A stretch of 64,000 bases of DNA from Octopus sinensis (Eukaryota). A program made the position numbers and the translations under genes. This document shows, piece after piece, positions 50,465 to 63,540 of this stretch (the stretch's first letter is position 1; every line of letters begins with the position of its first letter). The notes below the pieces were generated by a model that was not told where the DNA came from, did not search any database, and saw only the letters and a list, made by a program, of their open reading frames with translations. Location of the stretch: positions 56,110,001 to 56,174,000 of the forward strand of contig NC_043007.1 of the NCBI RefSeq assembly GCF_006345805.1. The letters are read 5' to 3'.

Positions 50465-53129
50465 TATTATTATTATTATTTCACTTCTCAGAACTCTTGA
50501 TTTCAATTCCTCCTGCTAATTCTGTAAGGGCGGACAACAACCTTCGTTCTGCAATTTTGAGAATAATTGCTGTTTGCTTTGAGGAAATTGTTGTTAATGT
50601 TTTGTTCTGTTTCGTTGCAGAACCGACCATGTCCCTAACGCATTGACAAATTTCTCTTGTTCGCAGCCTCTTGGGGCTATATTTTTAATGTGAAAATTTT
50701 ATTGTAAAAATTTCAAGTATAAACATAGCGGAAACAATACTAGCTAGCAAAAAAGTGAGGAAAGAAGGAAATGGTTAAAAGAGTGGGATTGACTTTGCTG
50801 TTCCTTTTTCTCCTTCTCCACTTAATAATGAAAAATCTCCAACCCTCCTTACTACTTACCAACACAAACTCTACCAACTCTTACTGGCATATTTGAATGG
50901 AAAATGGTATTTGCAGCAGCCACAAGAACTACAACAACTAGATTAACAGCTGTATAGCAACAACTGGCAGCTGCAATAATGACATCAACAGCAACATAAA
51001 CATTAGAGTCAAAAGCAACAACTATAGCCCGAAAGTAAAGAAAAGGAAAATAACAACTACGTGAGAGAAAAATAAGACTACTGAAGTACGGAAGATTGGA
51101 GAGAAGGAACAAAATTAGCAGCGACAAAAGAGCAGCTTCACAACCCAACCTTTCCCCCCATTACGACCACCACACAGCTCTAACCCCACTACTATGAAAA
51201 ACGTGACGAGTGAACCTGATTTGCGAGCTGTCAGCACCTTTAGGGCCGTGGTTTCGCTAAAGCAACTCACGTAAACAAATCCCCTATTTTGTGAACGTTA
51301 CCGTTGTCTGTCAATGCTCCCAAAGATGCTATAGAGCAGAAATAGAGGCGACTATATTCTACAAGTACATCAACCTTGAAATTAAACATATAGACAACAA
51401 GCTGTAAGTTGTCTAGAAGTATTGGATGCCACTTGGTACGTAATAAAGGCAAGGTATTCGGATCATTTCAGCATCATGTATCAATGACGAACAGTCAAGA
51501 GGACTATCGATAACTCTGAAGACTACGTCTTGCTGCTTTCCTATGTGAGCAAACTTGCGACTAAATTCACCGTATATGACACATCTCTCTATTCAAATAT
51601 CCAATACATACAAGTCTAGAAAGACCTACGGGACGAAATCAAGTCCAAGTCAATCATTCCCCCAAAACTGATCTGGGATTCAGCTAGAGCTCCGATTGGC
51701 GCACACTTCTGCATTTTTCTCAACAGTCTCCGATTGCATTCACCTCGGCAGAAGAGATCAGATGGGGGTTGTAGTAACACCAAACACCAGAGGACCGACT
51801 ATCATCCAGTGAGAAAGAAGAGTACAATCCTGTGCCAACACCAGAAACCGTAGCACCCCAGTAACAACTTTAATAGAAGCGACAGTAATGACAAAAACTG
51901 GCAGCACCACCACTAATCACAACAGCAGAAATTCCCACAACAGCAAGAAGAAGCTGCAGGAATCATAGTAATGAACACCGCAGTCTAGAATAATGGTTTT
52001 ACTACTATCCCTAAATGCGCCATGTTATTGTATGGGTTTAGCCGATCAGACAGTTTCAACTGTCTTATAGATATCGATTGGATATCTCGAAAACACTAAC
52101 AATTCCATATTATCCAGACCTACCAAGAAGTATTATTTGTTAGAACAATTAGAGAGGACAAAAGTTTGTGGTTTATATGACCAACCCACACAAGATATAT
52201 AGACAGAAAACCAGCATTCAAAAATGTTAAGGAAAAAAATTACAAATTACGGCCTCTTTGCTTCTTTTCTCAGTCATTTATTTGCTTACATAACTGGGAA
52301 TTAGCCAGTTCTGATGCCATTTGCAGTGAACATCTACCAAGACGTCAGTGAACATGTTTGACATATATGCATAAAACTCATAGGTCAAATTCTCAAAATA
52401 GACCATTTTTACAAGCACTACCACTTAGCACAGTCCTTGTCTCAGATGATATTGTTTTTTTTAACATTTCGTATCTGCAGTAGACTGTTTACTATCCCCC
52501 AAACGGTTGGGAAAATGTGCTGGTGGAAAGCTGCACACACCAGTCTGGAATCAATGAAATAATGCTTGTCTCAGTCTAACAAACATTGAATTGTGCTTCT
52601 ATCAACCGAACCCCTCTCATGGCTGTCGATCGTATGTATCGTAAATCACACGCGTGGAAGAAAGAAAACGAACATTCTCGCTGCCAGCACACTGTTCACT
52701 ATGTCTTTCATAACCACCTCTTTTAATTTACTCCGCTACTGCTTTGCTTAATCATATAAATTCTACTCGGTCACATCAAAGCGTTCTACTATCGTTTATT
52801 GAGTATTGCATTTGTCAACCAACGCCCAGTTACTCCAGTTGTAAGACAACGCTCAGTTACTCCACTAGGCCGGTCACTTCAGATTTTGCCCGTTGGTCAA
52901 CTCACATCACTAATTCTATTAAGAAACGCCACCTCTTTTCTACAACGACTTTAACTCTAATAGAAAAACTATATAATTTGCTTGTTATTTTGTTAGGTAT
53001 TACTCTGTACAGAATAATGCATGCATGTATGTATGTATTATGTATGTATGGATGTATGCATGTATGTATACATTTATGTATGTATGTATGTATGTATGTC
53101 AGGTCACTTTCGAGTGCTACTGATAACAT

Positions 53130-53530
53130 GTAACCCAGTGCAGCCTGTTGCATGGTCGGGTCGTCGTCGACTAAACCGGCAACCCCACCAAGCTTGCTTG
53201 GTGAGGAAGGTATTTATTGGACACCCTGCGGGATAAAAAACAAAACCCGTCAAAGGGTGGAGGAACTCTTGAGAGTCAACGGCCATCCAATAAATGTCTT
53301 AAGGCTGTATCATGCGCGGGGACATAGAAATAATCGGACTGAATATCCGATCGCGCGGTTAAACCATTGGGAGTGAAGGACTCCTAGCCTTTGTTAGGGC
53401 ATCCTTCTAGGAGAAGGTAACTCAGGTAACTGAGATAACTCCGATATAAAACCTGAAGCTCAGTGGTTACCGATGATGTTGACTTGTTCTTCTTTTCGGA
53501 TTATGGCTGCTGTTGCTTAGTGAGTGGGGT
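53130..53530 (+). mobile_element. Probable 5' UTR fragment of an RTE-type LINE
   Basis: GC-richer block with hairpins (ccaagcttgcttgg) and ttctaggagaaggtaactc, resembling RTE 5' UTR motifs from recall. Confidence 0.4.
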
Positions 53531-53861
53531 TGACTCAGTGCACAGCTTTACTGTTTTGTTCTCACTGTCCTGTTTTTGTCACCACTTTAACCCTCAGCAA
53601 ATCATAATTTTTTTATAAATTTGCTTTGCGGGAACGACTGCTTTAACGAAGTCGCATCTTATCCCTACATTCGAAACATGGAGTACATAAAACAGGGGAC
53701 AACTGATGAAGGGAATGTTCTTTATGTTGCCTGTCTCGTTTCTTTATTTTTGTTCTTTCCTTGTTCGAAAACAAAGTTCGTTTTCCATGTTTTTGTTTTA
53801 TTCACGTTTTATTAGACGTCCTGTACCTATGTATGCATGTATAGATGCATATCTATATATA

Positions 53862-53912
<51 letters not shown>

Positions 53913-53974
53913 ATTATTATATGATCGAACGCCACGTATCCATTTCCAAGTATAGATATATATATATATGTATA

Positions 53975-54155
53975 TGAAGTCCTCCAATCATCCTATACCA
54001 GCTCTTCCAATCACTTGTTAGTTTCTCACTTTGTACTGGTAAGAGATGCCCAGCGTTGAACATAGGCATCGTCGATGGAACACATCCAGTAGTTGAGATA
54101 TCTTCACTCTCTCTTTCCGGGTTTCCAGGAGACAGAACAGTCAAAGCATGATAAA
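53975..54155 (-). pseudogene. RTE RT C-terminal fragment
   Basis: An alternative frame reads [28 protein letters not shown], preceded by an ETWK-like ETRK. Confidence 0.7.
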
Positions 54156-54239
54156 AATGAATGTATGTATGTATGTATGTATGTATGTATGTATGTATGT
54201 ATGTATGTATGAATGTCACTTCTATTTTTTAATTATAAT

Positions 54240-54925
54240 AAATATATCCCACTGAGGAGGGAGCCGGTTTTCAACAAAGATACACGGTTACATCTTTGGG
54301 ATGTAGTTAACACAGACAAATTCACATTTGGAACTTGAGAAAAGTCTTATATATTTTTACTGTTCCACTCACAGATTGCACTTGTAATGTACGAATCAGC
54401 CGGTCAATTTCTCTTTCTGAAAATCCTAGTTTATCCAGATTCTCCTTTAAGCATTTACTAACAAAACCTAGGGCTCCAATTATTATTGGTATAAATATGA
54501 ATTCATAGTCTGGATATAGAAGCTGGAGGTCTCGAGGCAATTCTCCGTAGTTATCCTCTTTGATTTTCAAATAGATATTTATATCTGCAGGGTAGCTGAC
54601 TTCTGTGATGATACAAACTTTTGCCCCTCTTTCCAAACAACAATATCTGGCCTGTTATGTTTACATTTGACAGAAGTTTTGATGGGAATATTTCACCAGT
54701 ATTCCTTGAGTTGGTGTTTATGAATGCATTTCATAACATAAGGTTTTTCTGTTTATTTCAGGACAGTCTTTTTTGGGGATGGCATTGTTAATTGTTTTAA
54801 CAACAACATCGTGCCGCATAGGAAGGTAGTACCGTGACGACATTTTAGTACGGCTGCTAATCACATGCGCGATGTCTTCCACAGAAGCATGACATAGCCT
54901 GCACTGTCTCTCTTGTTCACCAGAT
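54240..54925 (-). mobile_element. 3' fragment of an RLE-type (R4/NeSL-like) non-LTR retrotransposon
   Basis: EDIAHVISS...YYLPMRHD, NRPDIVVW, EVSYPAD, IPIIIGALG, GTVKIYKTFLKF*. Confidence 0.82.
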
Positions 54926-55049
54926 ATGTATGTGTGTATTTATGTATGTATCTATGAACGTATGTATGTATATTTATATAAGTATGTATGTATGTATGTA
55001 TGTATGTATGTATGCATGCATGCACATATACTTGTATATATGTGTGTAT

Positions 55050-56390
55050 ATATCTTGTATATAATAAAACTGAAGATGTGTGTGTGTGTGTGTGCAGTAT
55101 TTTTCATCCGATTTCGTTTAAGCTAGGAACATATATCACTTATGTTCCAGAGATCGTCATAAACTCTTCAAAGTTTCCACATAATATATAATGTCGCCCC
55201 TAGAGGACGAAAACACCTTCTCATAGGTAAATAACAAACACTAACGATCGTTGCTTCAAGGAGCATTATTCTTGCTGATGTAATTAAGTTACTTTCACTT
55301 CGTCTTCAACTACAGTTTTTACAATACATATTCACTGTAAACCGCCGATATTTGCACATTAGCACTTCCTTCAGATAGCCATGCAGTTTAGATCAACTTT
55401 TAATTATTTTTTAAATGCCTTCGGAAATTAATCCGTATTATATATATTCTCTGCTTTTGCTCATACCAAGTTGTGACAGTTATACTGTTTTTACAATACC
55501 CATCCATTCACTGCAAACTGCCGATATTTGCACGTTAGCACTTCCTTGAGGTAGCCATGAAATTTAAATCAACTTTTAGTTATTATATGAATGCTTTAAG
55601 ACAATGTTTAGTCAGAATACCCTAAGGCTCAAACGTCTCAACCCTTCCTAAATCCATTGTGACAATTTTCTGAACTCTCTCAGCAAACAATAATACGACA
55701 AACATTAATCAGGCATTCGATTTAACCACCCCTTCCTTCTAACTTCATTTTACAGATAACCCTGCAATGCCACCTAGGCGAAAGAGAGTTTGCATTGGTA
55801 GACTGTCCCACGCTGCCATTAAAGGCATAACGAAACTCAGGACCAGACGTCCCACAGCTTGTCCCAATAAGCTGCCTACGCACCTGCGACTTCTGCAACC
55901 ATTAAGGCTTAAAGTCTGAAGAAGAGCTTGTGGTCCTCCGAGCCCGTCATGCTGCAACTGTTGCTGCTGCCAGGGCTACCGAGTCACCTCAACAACGGAC
56001 TATCTCGTTGACGCATCTTGCCAAAAATGCTTCAGCTGCAAGGGCTGCAGAGTCACCTCAACAACGGGCTATCTGGTTTGTGCGTCTTGCTAAAAATGCT
56101 TCAGCTGCAACGGCTGCAGACTCTCCATAACAGCTCACAGCCCGAAGGAAGCGTAATGCTGAAACTACTGCTGCTGCAAGGGATTCACAGTCACCACAAC
56201 AATGCATATCCCGGAGGGCACGTAATCTAAAAGTACTGCTGCTGCACGGGCTGCAGATTCACCAGCACAGGCATCAGCCGATGGAAGCGTAATGCTGATA
56301 CTACTGCTGCTGCAAGGGATACAGGATCACCAGCACAGCGCACAAATCGTCAGGCTTTGAATGATGCATTAATGTTCACTGCATGGACTT
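55050..56390 (+). mobile_element. Helitron-like 5' end with decayed RepHel N-terminal 22-aa repeats
   Basis: TC...tataataaaactg plus a (TG)n start; MPPRRKRVCIGRLSHAA at about 55770; 66-bp tandem repeats encoding ARAAESPQQR..RL..NASA. No Rep or helicase domain follows. Confidence 0.6.
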
Positions 56391-56424
56391 AGGAGTGTAT
56401 CATTATAATAAATTACTTACTTAC

Positions 56425-56745
56425 TGGCACTCCGTCGGTTACGACGACCAGGGCTCCAGTTGATCCGATCAACAGAACAGCTTGATGTGAAATTAACGTG
56501 CAAGTGGCTAAGTACTCCACAGACACGTGTACCCTTAACGTAGTTCCCAGGGAGATTCACCTTGACTCAAAATGGGACATGGCTGGCCCTTTGAAATACA
56601 GGCACTTCTCATTTTTGCCAACTGAGTGGACTGGAGTAACGTGGAATAAAGTGTCTTGCTCAAGGACATAGCGCGTCACGGAAAATTGAACTCATGACCT
56701 TACGATCGTGAGCCGAATCCCCTAACCACTAAGCCACGAGCCTTC
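56425..56745 (-). mobile_element. tRNA-derived SINE
   Basis: Shares ggcactccgtcggttacgacgac...ccacagacacgtg with the 15625 SINE; head (reverse complement) gaaggctcgtggcttagtggttagg. Confidence 0.85.
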
Positions 56746-57738
56746 AATAAATTACACCGTCCAAGGATGGGTACGTTTACTGGTATATATATATATTAAA
56801 ATATATAATATTAAAAAATGATTCAAAGAATTGCATATGCTCGCTCCCTTCCTTGTCCGACATCTTGTTTCATTTATCTATAAACGTACCTCTACTCATG
56901 ATCTTGTAAAACTTTTATGTTACACGTTTCGGTATATATGGAAGTGTTCTTGTGGTACAATAAAAAAAAATTATTATTGTTATCCTTTTCGCTTCTTATT
57001 ATCATTGTCATTATAATTTTTTCGGTAATTTTAGGTATCTACTGTATTTTGGGGTGCATCTCACTATTCCTGGGATGTGTGCTGTGATATCTTTTGTGTG
57101 TGTTTGTGGGAGCGGGGTGAATGAAAAGCTGTCTGCATGCTACATCATCACTGCTTTGTTGTGGTATTTGTTTTGCTATTTTTCTGCTTGTTCGGTTGTG
57201 TAAAGTATGTGTAGAGTGCGATGTGTTTTGGTGGGCGTTGATTATGTTTCTTGTGTTTGTATGATTTAGTATCAGGTGGTGATTGCGGTGAGTCTGCTTA
57301 TGTGGTGTAGAAAATGTGCTGTGTGACTTGTTAGTGCTATAGTGTTGTGTAATAGAGGCGTGGGAGTTGTGTAATTTAATTGAGTTTTGATCGTGTAGAG
57401 TATGTTTTGTGAGTTTTGTTGGAGCTGTCATTTGTTCACCTGGTTAATGAATGAATTGTCGCATTTCCTTTTATTGATTATTAGAAAAAAATGTCATTGT
57501 GTGCGGAGGTGAGTTATTTTCCCTCCCAAAGGGAGTCAACTTGTCTTGTTTAAAGTGAAATAAAGTTTGTAAATTTCTGAAATCTGCATGGTGTCCATTA
57601 TAATAGCAAAAGAATTCGATGGTGGACAAAACCCCGAACAAAATCACCTGTTCAGCTTGAACTTCCAGCCTCAATACCAGCATTGTTGACTATAGTGATG
57701 TGACAGCGATATCAGCGCCACCTTAGTAAAAATTCCTA

Positions 57739-58355
57739 GTATGTGCAGATGAACCGTTGCAGTTGCAACAATTTAACCACACGTCGTCATCAATAGCGAC
57801 GCTATTTCGATTACTATCGTAACCAGTTCCCACTCCTTAGATTTCTCGGAAGAGGAGGAGGAGGAGGAGGAGGGGGAGGAGAAAGAAATGGAAAAGTGGA
57901 AACCCTCATTGTTGTGTGTGTGTGTGTGTGTGTGCGCGTGTGTATGTGTGCGTGTGTAATACTAATGTATATGTGTGTGAGTGTGTATGTATATATGTAT
58001 CTGAATATGTTTCAGTTGTCCAATAATTACAAAGAAATAACGGGGAAAGTCATGCACCAGACCAACATAAATAAAAACGATAATTAAATCAGGAACCGCA
58101 ACAGTATCAGCAACAACAACAATGACAACAGTAACATCAACAACATCAAAACTCACAAGTATAATAACCTTAGTAAAAATAGAAAATACAGAGAAAAGCA
58201 GTAGGTGTCTTTGGTGCTCAAGATTCAGGTCCAAGATCTCTCCTCCTCCGAGAAATTTGAGGAGTTGGAACTGGTTATGATAGTAATCGAGATAGTGTCG
58301 CTATTGATGATGTGTGGCTAAATTGTTGCAGCTGTTACGGTTCATCTGCACATAC
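57739..58355. repeat. Inverted repeat pair (57739-57860 / 58238-58355) around a low-complexity spacer
   Basis: gtatgtgcagatgaaccg...ttctcggaagaggag mirrors ctcctcctccgagaa...cggttcatctgcacatac. Confidence 0.85.
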
Positions 58356-59181
58356 AAGTTAGTTGAGCAAATGCGTGTGATCTGCACCCACATGCAGGCC
58401 CTGTCACCTATTTAACGATCTCATGCCGCTATTTAGACTTTTATAGTGCGAGCGATATGCATCATTCAGATCAAGTGATATTCCAGGATGTGGACAGCAA
58501 AGGGGTAGTTCTGGACATGAACAGCAGCGAACGCAGCGCGTTTAGACAACGGTCCAATACAGGTCTTCAGATTTTTTTCAGCCGTCTAGAGGCATTTTCG
58601 CTCATTAATGATACTGGGTGTCTGAAATGGAATTTTCAATGTACATTGTGATTGTGTACAAATAGCAGACGGTATTTGAAAGAGCTCGCAAACCTCTTCA
58701 GATGGTTGCACGAATTTGACTTGAAAGAAAGGGGTGTTCTGAATGCGCAAGTATGAATTTGGACAAAACGTACCATGTCATTCAGCTAGTATCTCGATAT
58801 GTATGCTGTCAGGCGAGAGAATATGAATAAAATAAGGGATCAAAGTTTTCGATCGGTCGTTTAGATTCGACGTAAAAACAGATTCTAAATAGCTACTAAC
58901 TGAATGTATATTCTTCAACGACTGCAGTTATGAAGCAATTATTTTGGAGCTGATGGATCGATCATCATGGATCGGAGGTAGATCTCCCAAGAGAGAGTTA
59001 GTGCAGTTAGAATAAATAAGATTTAGCAAAGAAGTAGTGATGCAGCACAATAAATTACAGTCAGGCTTCAAGTCATGAGTTGATGTATTTAGAGCAACCT
59101 ATATTTTAATAAATATTTAAATGTATTATGAATATTAACTGAGTATGCTGATTGTGTTGGTGGTTAACTTACAACATATTA

Positions 59182-59263
<82 letters not shown>

Positions 59264-59279
59264 GTATGTGTGTGTGTGT

Positions 59280-59570
59280 GGAGACGCAATGGCCCAGTGG
59301 TTAGGGCAGCGAACTCGCGGTTTCGATTCCCAGACCGGGCGTTGTAAGTGTTTATTGGGCGAAAAGACCTAAAGCTCCACGCGGCTCCGGCGGGGTTTTG
59401 TGGCGATCCCTGCTGTACCCTTTCGCCACAACTTTCTCTCACTCTTTCTTCTGTTGGCCTGCTCACTTAGCCAGCGGGGTGGCGTCATTTGAAGGCTAAA
59501 ACAATGCGAAGCGCATTGTGACCAGCGATGTGTAGCAACATCTGATAGCCTGGTCGGTCACGGTGATATA
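59280..59570 (+). mobile_element. tRNA-derived SINE (family C head with a different 3' half)
   Basis: ggagacgcaatggcccagtggttagggcagcg...ggtttcgattccc; flanked by (TA)n/(TG)n. Confidence 0.85.
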
Positions 59571-59611
59571 TATATATTTATGTATGTATATATATATATC
59601 GTGAGATAGTT

Positions 59612-59688
<77 letters not shown>

Positions 59689-61133
59689 AATCTACGTGTA
59701 TATATACATTATGTGTGAGTGTGTGTATTCCTTGGAAAACGAATAAACATGACACATTTCTCTGGAACGTTGCTATGGCAACTGTCGAATTAAGAGATAT
59801 ACTTGTCAACATTAAGTAGAAAAATAGAATACAAAACAATACAATTCATACAACAGTAAATATATATTTTATCTTTTTCTCCTACCTCAGATCTTTCTCT
59901 CCCTCCCTTTCTCATTATACACGTGTGTGTTATTTTATATATGTTATAGATATGTATGTTTATATACACATTCATATACTGACACACAAACACACATCTT
60001 TGCATGCTTGTGTTGTGTGTATATATCCCTGTGTTATTATCTATTTTTATAACTATCCATATTGATATTTACATATATAGATAAATCTATGGAATTTGGG
60101 GTTATTTATAAGTGTGGTGCCTCTGTGTATGAGTTCACTGTATTTTATAAAAAGAACTCATTCTCTCTCTCTCTCACTCTCACTTACTCTCTCTCTCTCT
60201 CTCTCTCTCTCTCACCTATGAATATCATTGTATTTGATGGTATCCAGGATCATGAAATATATGTAAATATGAGTTACTCATGAAATATGGAAATTCATAA
60301 GAACGGTCTTAAAATGCACTGTTTCTTTGGACCAGTTCTGATTATTTTAATCCCTTTGTTGATTGGTTTAACTTCTATTGTAAAATCTGTAAGTTTGTTG
60401 GAGCTGTTACTGATATTGTTGTTGTTCAATTGTTCAGATTTTAAAGCAAATATTTGTAAACTATATAGTGTCTGGAGATTTGCCTATAGAACCTTAATTT
60501 GCTTCATTCAAGAAAATTTTTGGTGAAATATGTATATTGAAGATACCATATCTGTCTATCTATCTTTTATATAAATGTGAGGGTGTGTTTATGTATGTGT
60601 TTACATTTGTGTGTGTGTGTATTCATGTGAGTTTATATATATATAACAAGGCACACAAGGTACTTACCTGCTACAAAGAAGAGCAAAAACTCTTAGTTAA
60701 ACCACCAATAACACTGAATAATTAAACAGAAAAGCAACCGCATGCAGGCGAACGGGTCAAATAAATTTAGCATACTGAATACAGCCCAATGCTAGATATC
60801 CTATTTTGGCATTTGGATACACTTGGACCATGATTTCTAGTTCTGGCGGTAAAAATGTTTCACTACTCACGTTGAAGTCTGCCGGCGTTCTGAATTATTT
60901 TGCGCCTAAATCAGAACCACTTCAGTGCAAATATACTAATAAGGAGTAAATATTCATAAGTGAATATTTATATAGATATTATTATTGTTATTTCTATCTG
61001 CGGTAATTATAAATAGTTGATAATAACAACAATAATGTAGGTGGTTGAAGGCCTTAAAAACATTAGATAGCTATAGAATTAAAATTTATATTTATCATAA
61101 GGGTACACAAGGTGCCTACCTGCTATCTATCTG

Positions 61134-61186
<53 letters not shown>

Positions 61187-63059
61187 GTTGTATACTGTCA
61201 ATCTAACAAGAACGTGACAGTAGGGGGTACACCACCGCTGTATAGCCCTAGGAAGCATCGAACGCCTCCTGATGGCTTTGACACATTTTTCCCTGTGTCC
61301 TTATATACATATACGAAGGGGAGACAAACACCCCCGGCTACCGAAACTGCATCTAGGGACACGTGTTTCAGGATCGTTGTCCTTCATCGGCCTAGAGTAG
61401 CAGACACCGGTCGGCAGACGAAATACTGCTAAGCATTTCACCCGGCGTGCTAACATTTCTGCCAGGCTTTCCAGCTACATGGCTGCGGGTTCAGTCTCTC
61501 TGTGTGTCACCTTGGGCATGTCTTCTTGCTAGTGGATTTGGTAGATAGAAACTTAAAGAAGCCTGTCGTATGTATGTATGTATGTATGTATGTATGTATG
61601 TATGTATGTATGTATGTATGTGCATAAATGTATATATATATACAGGCTTATGTCTCGCGAGAATCCAAGTACATATTTAGATATATAGAATTATAGTGTC
61701 AACTACATCAGGCAGTGTAAGTTGTAAGTAGCCTAAGATTTTGTTTAATACTAAAAAATACATTAAATATGAAAATTATACCATAAATTCTCAGTAGAAA
61801 CATCATTTATGCCTAACTAAAATATATTTCTCCACAAAACACTTCTGTTGTAAATCATATTAACACAACAGATACAGATTTTTCATCAACAAACACACAA
61901 CGATAGAGTTATATTTCTTAAAAGTTGACATCTAATCCAAATTTGAGGTGTTTTTTTGCAATACATATCGATTTCTATGCTGGCTGTGAGCAAGCAATTT
62001 GAAAACTAAAATTCTTTACATTGCAGTATGCATGAACATTTATTTGTACACAAGCAAGTAGTAGCATATTAAAAAAAAAAAACAAGGATTTCTGTTCCGT
62101 GACATGTGTGTCGATTTGTTCATTCTTAATCGGATGAAAACAAAATAATGGCTTGTTGCTATTGTTTTCTCTTCCTTTTATGAAAGAGCTAAAGTCTTTA
62201 GTTACAACACAGACAAGAAATGCAATGAAATAAGATTACTTAGAACTGAATGCATTGAAATTATTTGAAAAAATATTTTTAAATCTAAAACAAAAAACAG
62301 AAAAAATTCTGAAAAATGTCAGCATGGGAACACCTTAAGGGAAATTCTAAATTCAGCTTATTTCTATAAAGTCTTTTCAATGTCTTGAGAAATACATGAT
62401 TAGAATTCATGATGAAACGATCGTTTCTCATTTAAAAATAAATTCTTTTTGTAACAATATTAAAAATAACGATTTTTAAAATATTTTTCTCGCTCAGAAA
62501 GTCGTCATCTTAAATATAATCAGACAATAGAATAATTTTGTTATTCTAATGAATCAGCTTTATTATTTTCCATTGACGCAGAGAGAAAAAACGGAAGATT
62601 TGTAATTTTCTTTTTATATCTGGTCTAAAGCGAAGACAAGTTCATTTTGTTCTGATGTTATATATGTAGGCAGTTCAACATGTTATTTGCTTCTAGTGTG
62701 GGGCTTAAATAAACTGGATTGATTAGGATAAGGAGGAGTGGGTGAATAAATTTATGCGTTGGGATAGTAAATTATATAAGAAAATAACGAAGGCGTTGCT
62801 TGATCATGGTTTTACAAGAAATGTGGAATGAGATTGAGCCGCTCGAGACTGAAAGCTTTTTCAATAATATTAGTAGTGTAAATAAAGTAAATGATAGTTA
62901 GACGGTAATTGAAACCAGATCTCAGAATCAACTCGACAAGAATGTACATTCTACTCAACAACTACTTAGAAATGACACAAGAACTATACCATGTATAAAC
63001 ACAATCCCAATTTTGCTGGTAGGGTTATACTTGATTGGATTATTCCTAATATATTACTT

Positions 63060-63540
63060 AAGGTGGTGAGCTGGAAGAATTGTTAGCACACCGGGCAAAA
63101 TGCTTAGCGGCATTCCGTCCGTTTTTACGTTCTGATTTTAAGTGCCGCCGAGGTCGACTTTACCTTTCATCCTTTCAGGGTCTATAAAATAAGTGCTAGT
63201 TGAGCACTGGGGTCGATATAGTCGACTTACCCCTGCTCCGAACCTACTGGCCTTGTGTCAAATTCTGAGACCAATATGTTACTTGTGCTTATTTTATCAA
63301 GTCCAAAATGATGAACAGTAAAAATATCATGAAAATTACCAAATTTTGGCAAAATGGCAGCAGTTTTAAGGGGTGGGGTAAGTCGATTACATTGACGCTA
63401 GTGTTCAACTGGTACTTATTTTATCGAAAACCGAAAGGATGAAAGGCAAAGTCGACTTCGGCGGAATTTGAACTCAGAACGTGAAGATGGACGAAATGCC
63501 GCTAAGCATTTTGCCTGGCCTGATAACGATTCTGCGAGTT
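63060..63540. mobile_element. Two family-B SINEs in inverted orientation (63060-63280 +, 63370-63540 -)
   Basis: gccgaggtcgactttacctttcatcc on the plus strand and ggatgaaaggcaaagtcgacttcggcggaatttgaactcagaac on the minus strand. Confidence 0.82.

Noticed and set aside
53917-54219. 100-aa ORF that looks like a host exon (TGCVPSTMPMFNAGHLLP...)
   Set aside because: It is an alternative frame of a decayed RTE fragment.
61270-61365. ACGAAGGGG...CCCC...GAAACTGCATC as an HHR remnant
   Set aside because: The core is disrupted by TA repeats and stem II is not adjacent to GAAA.
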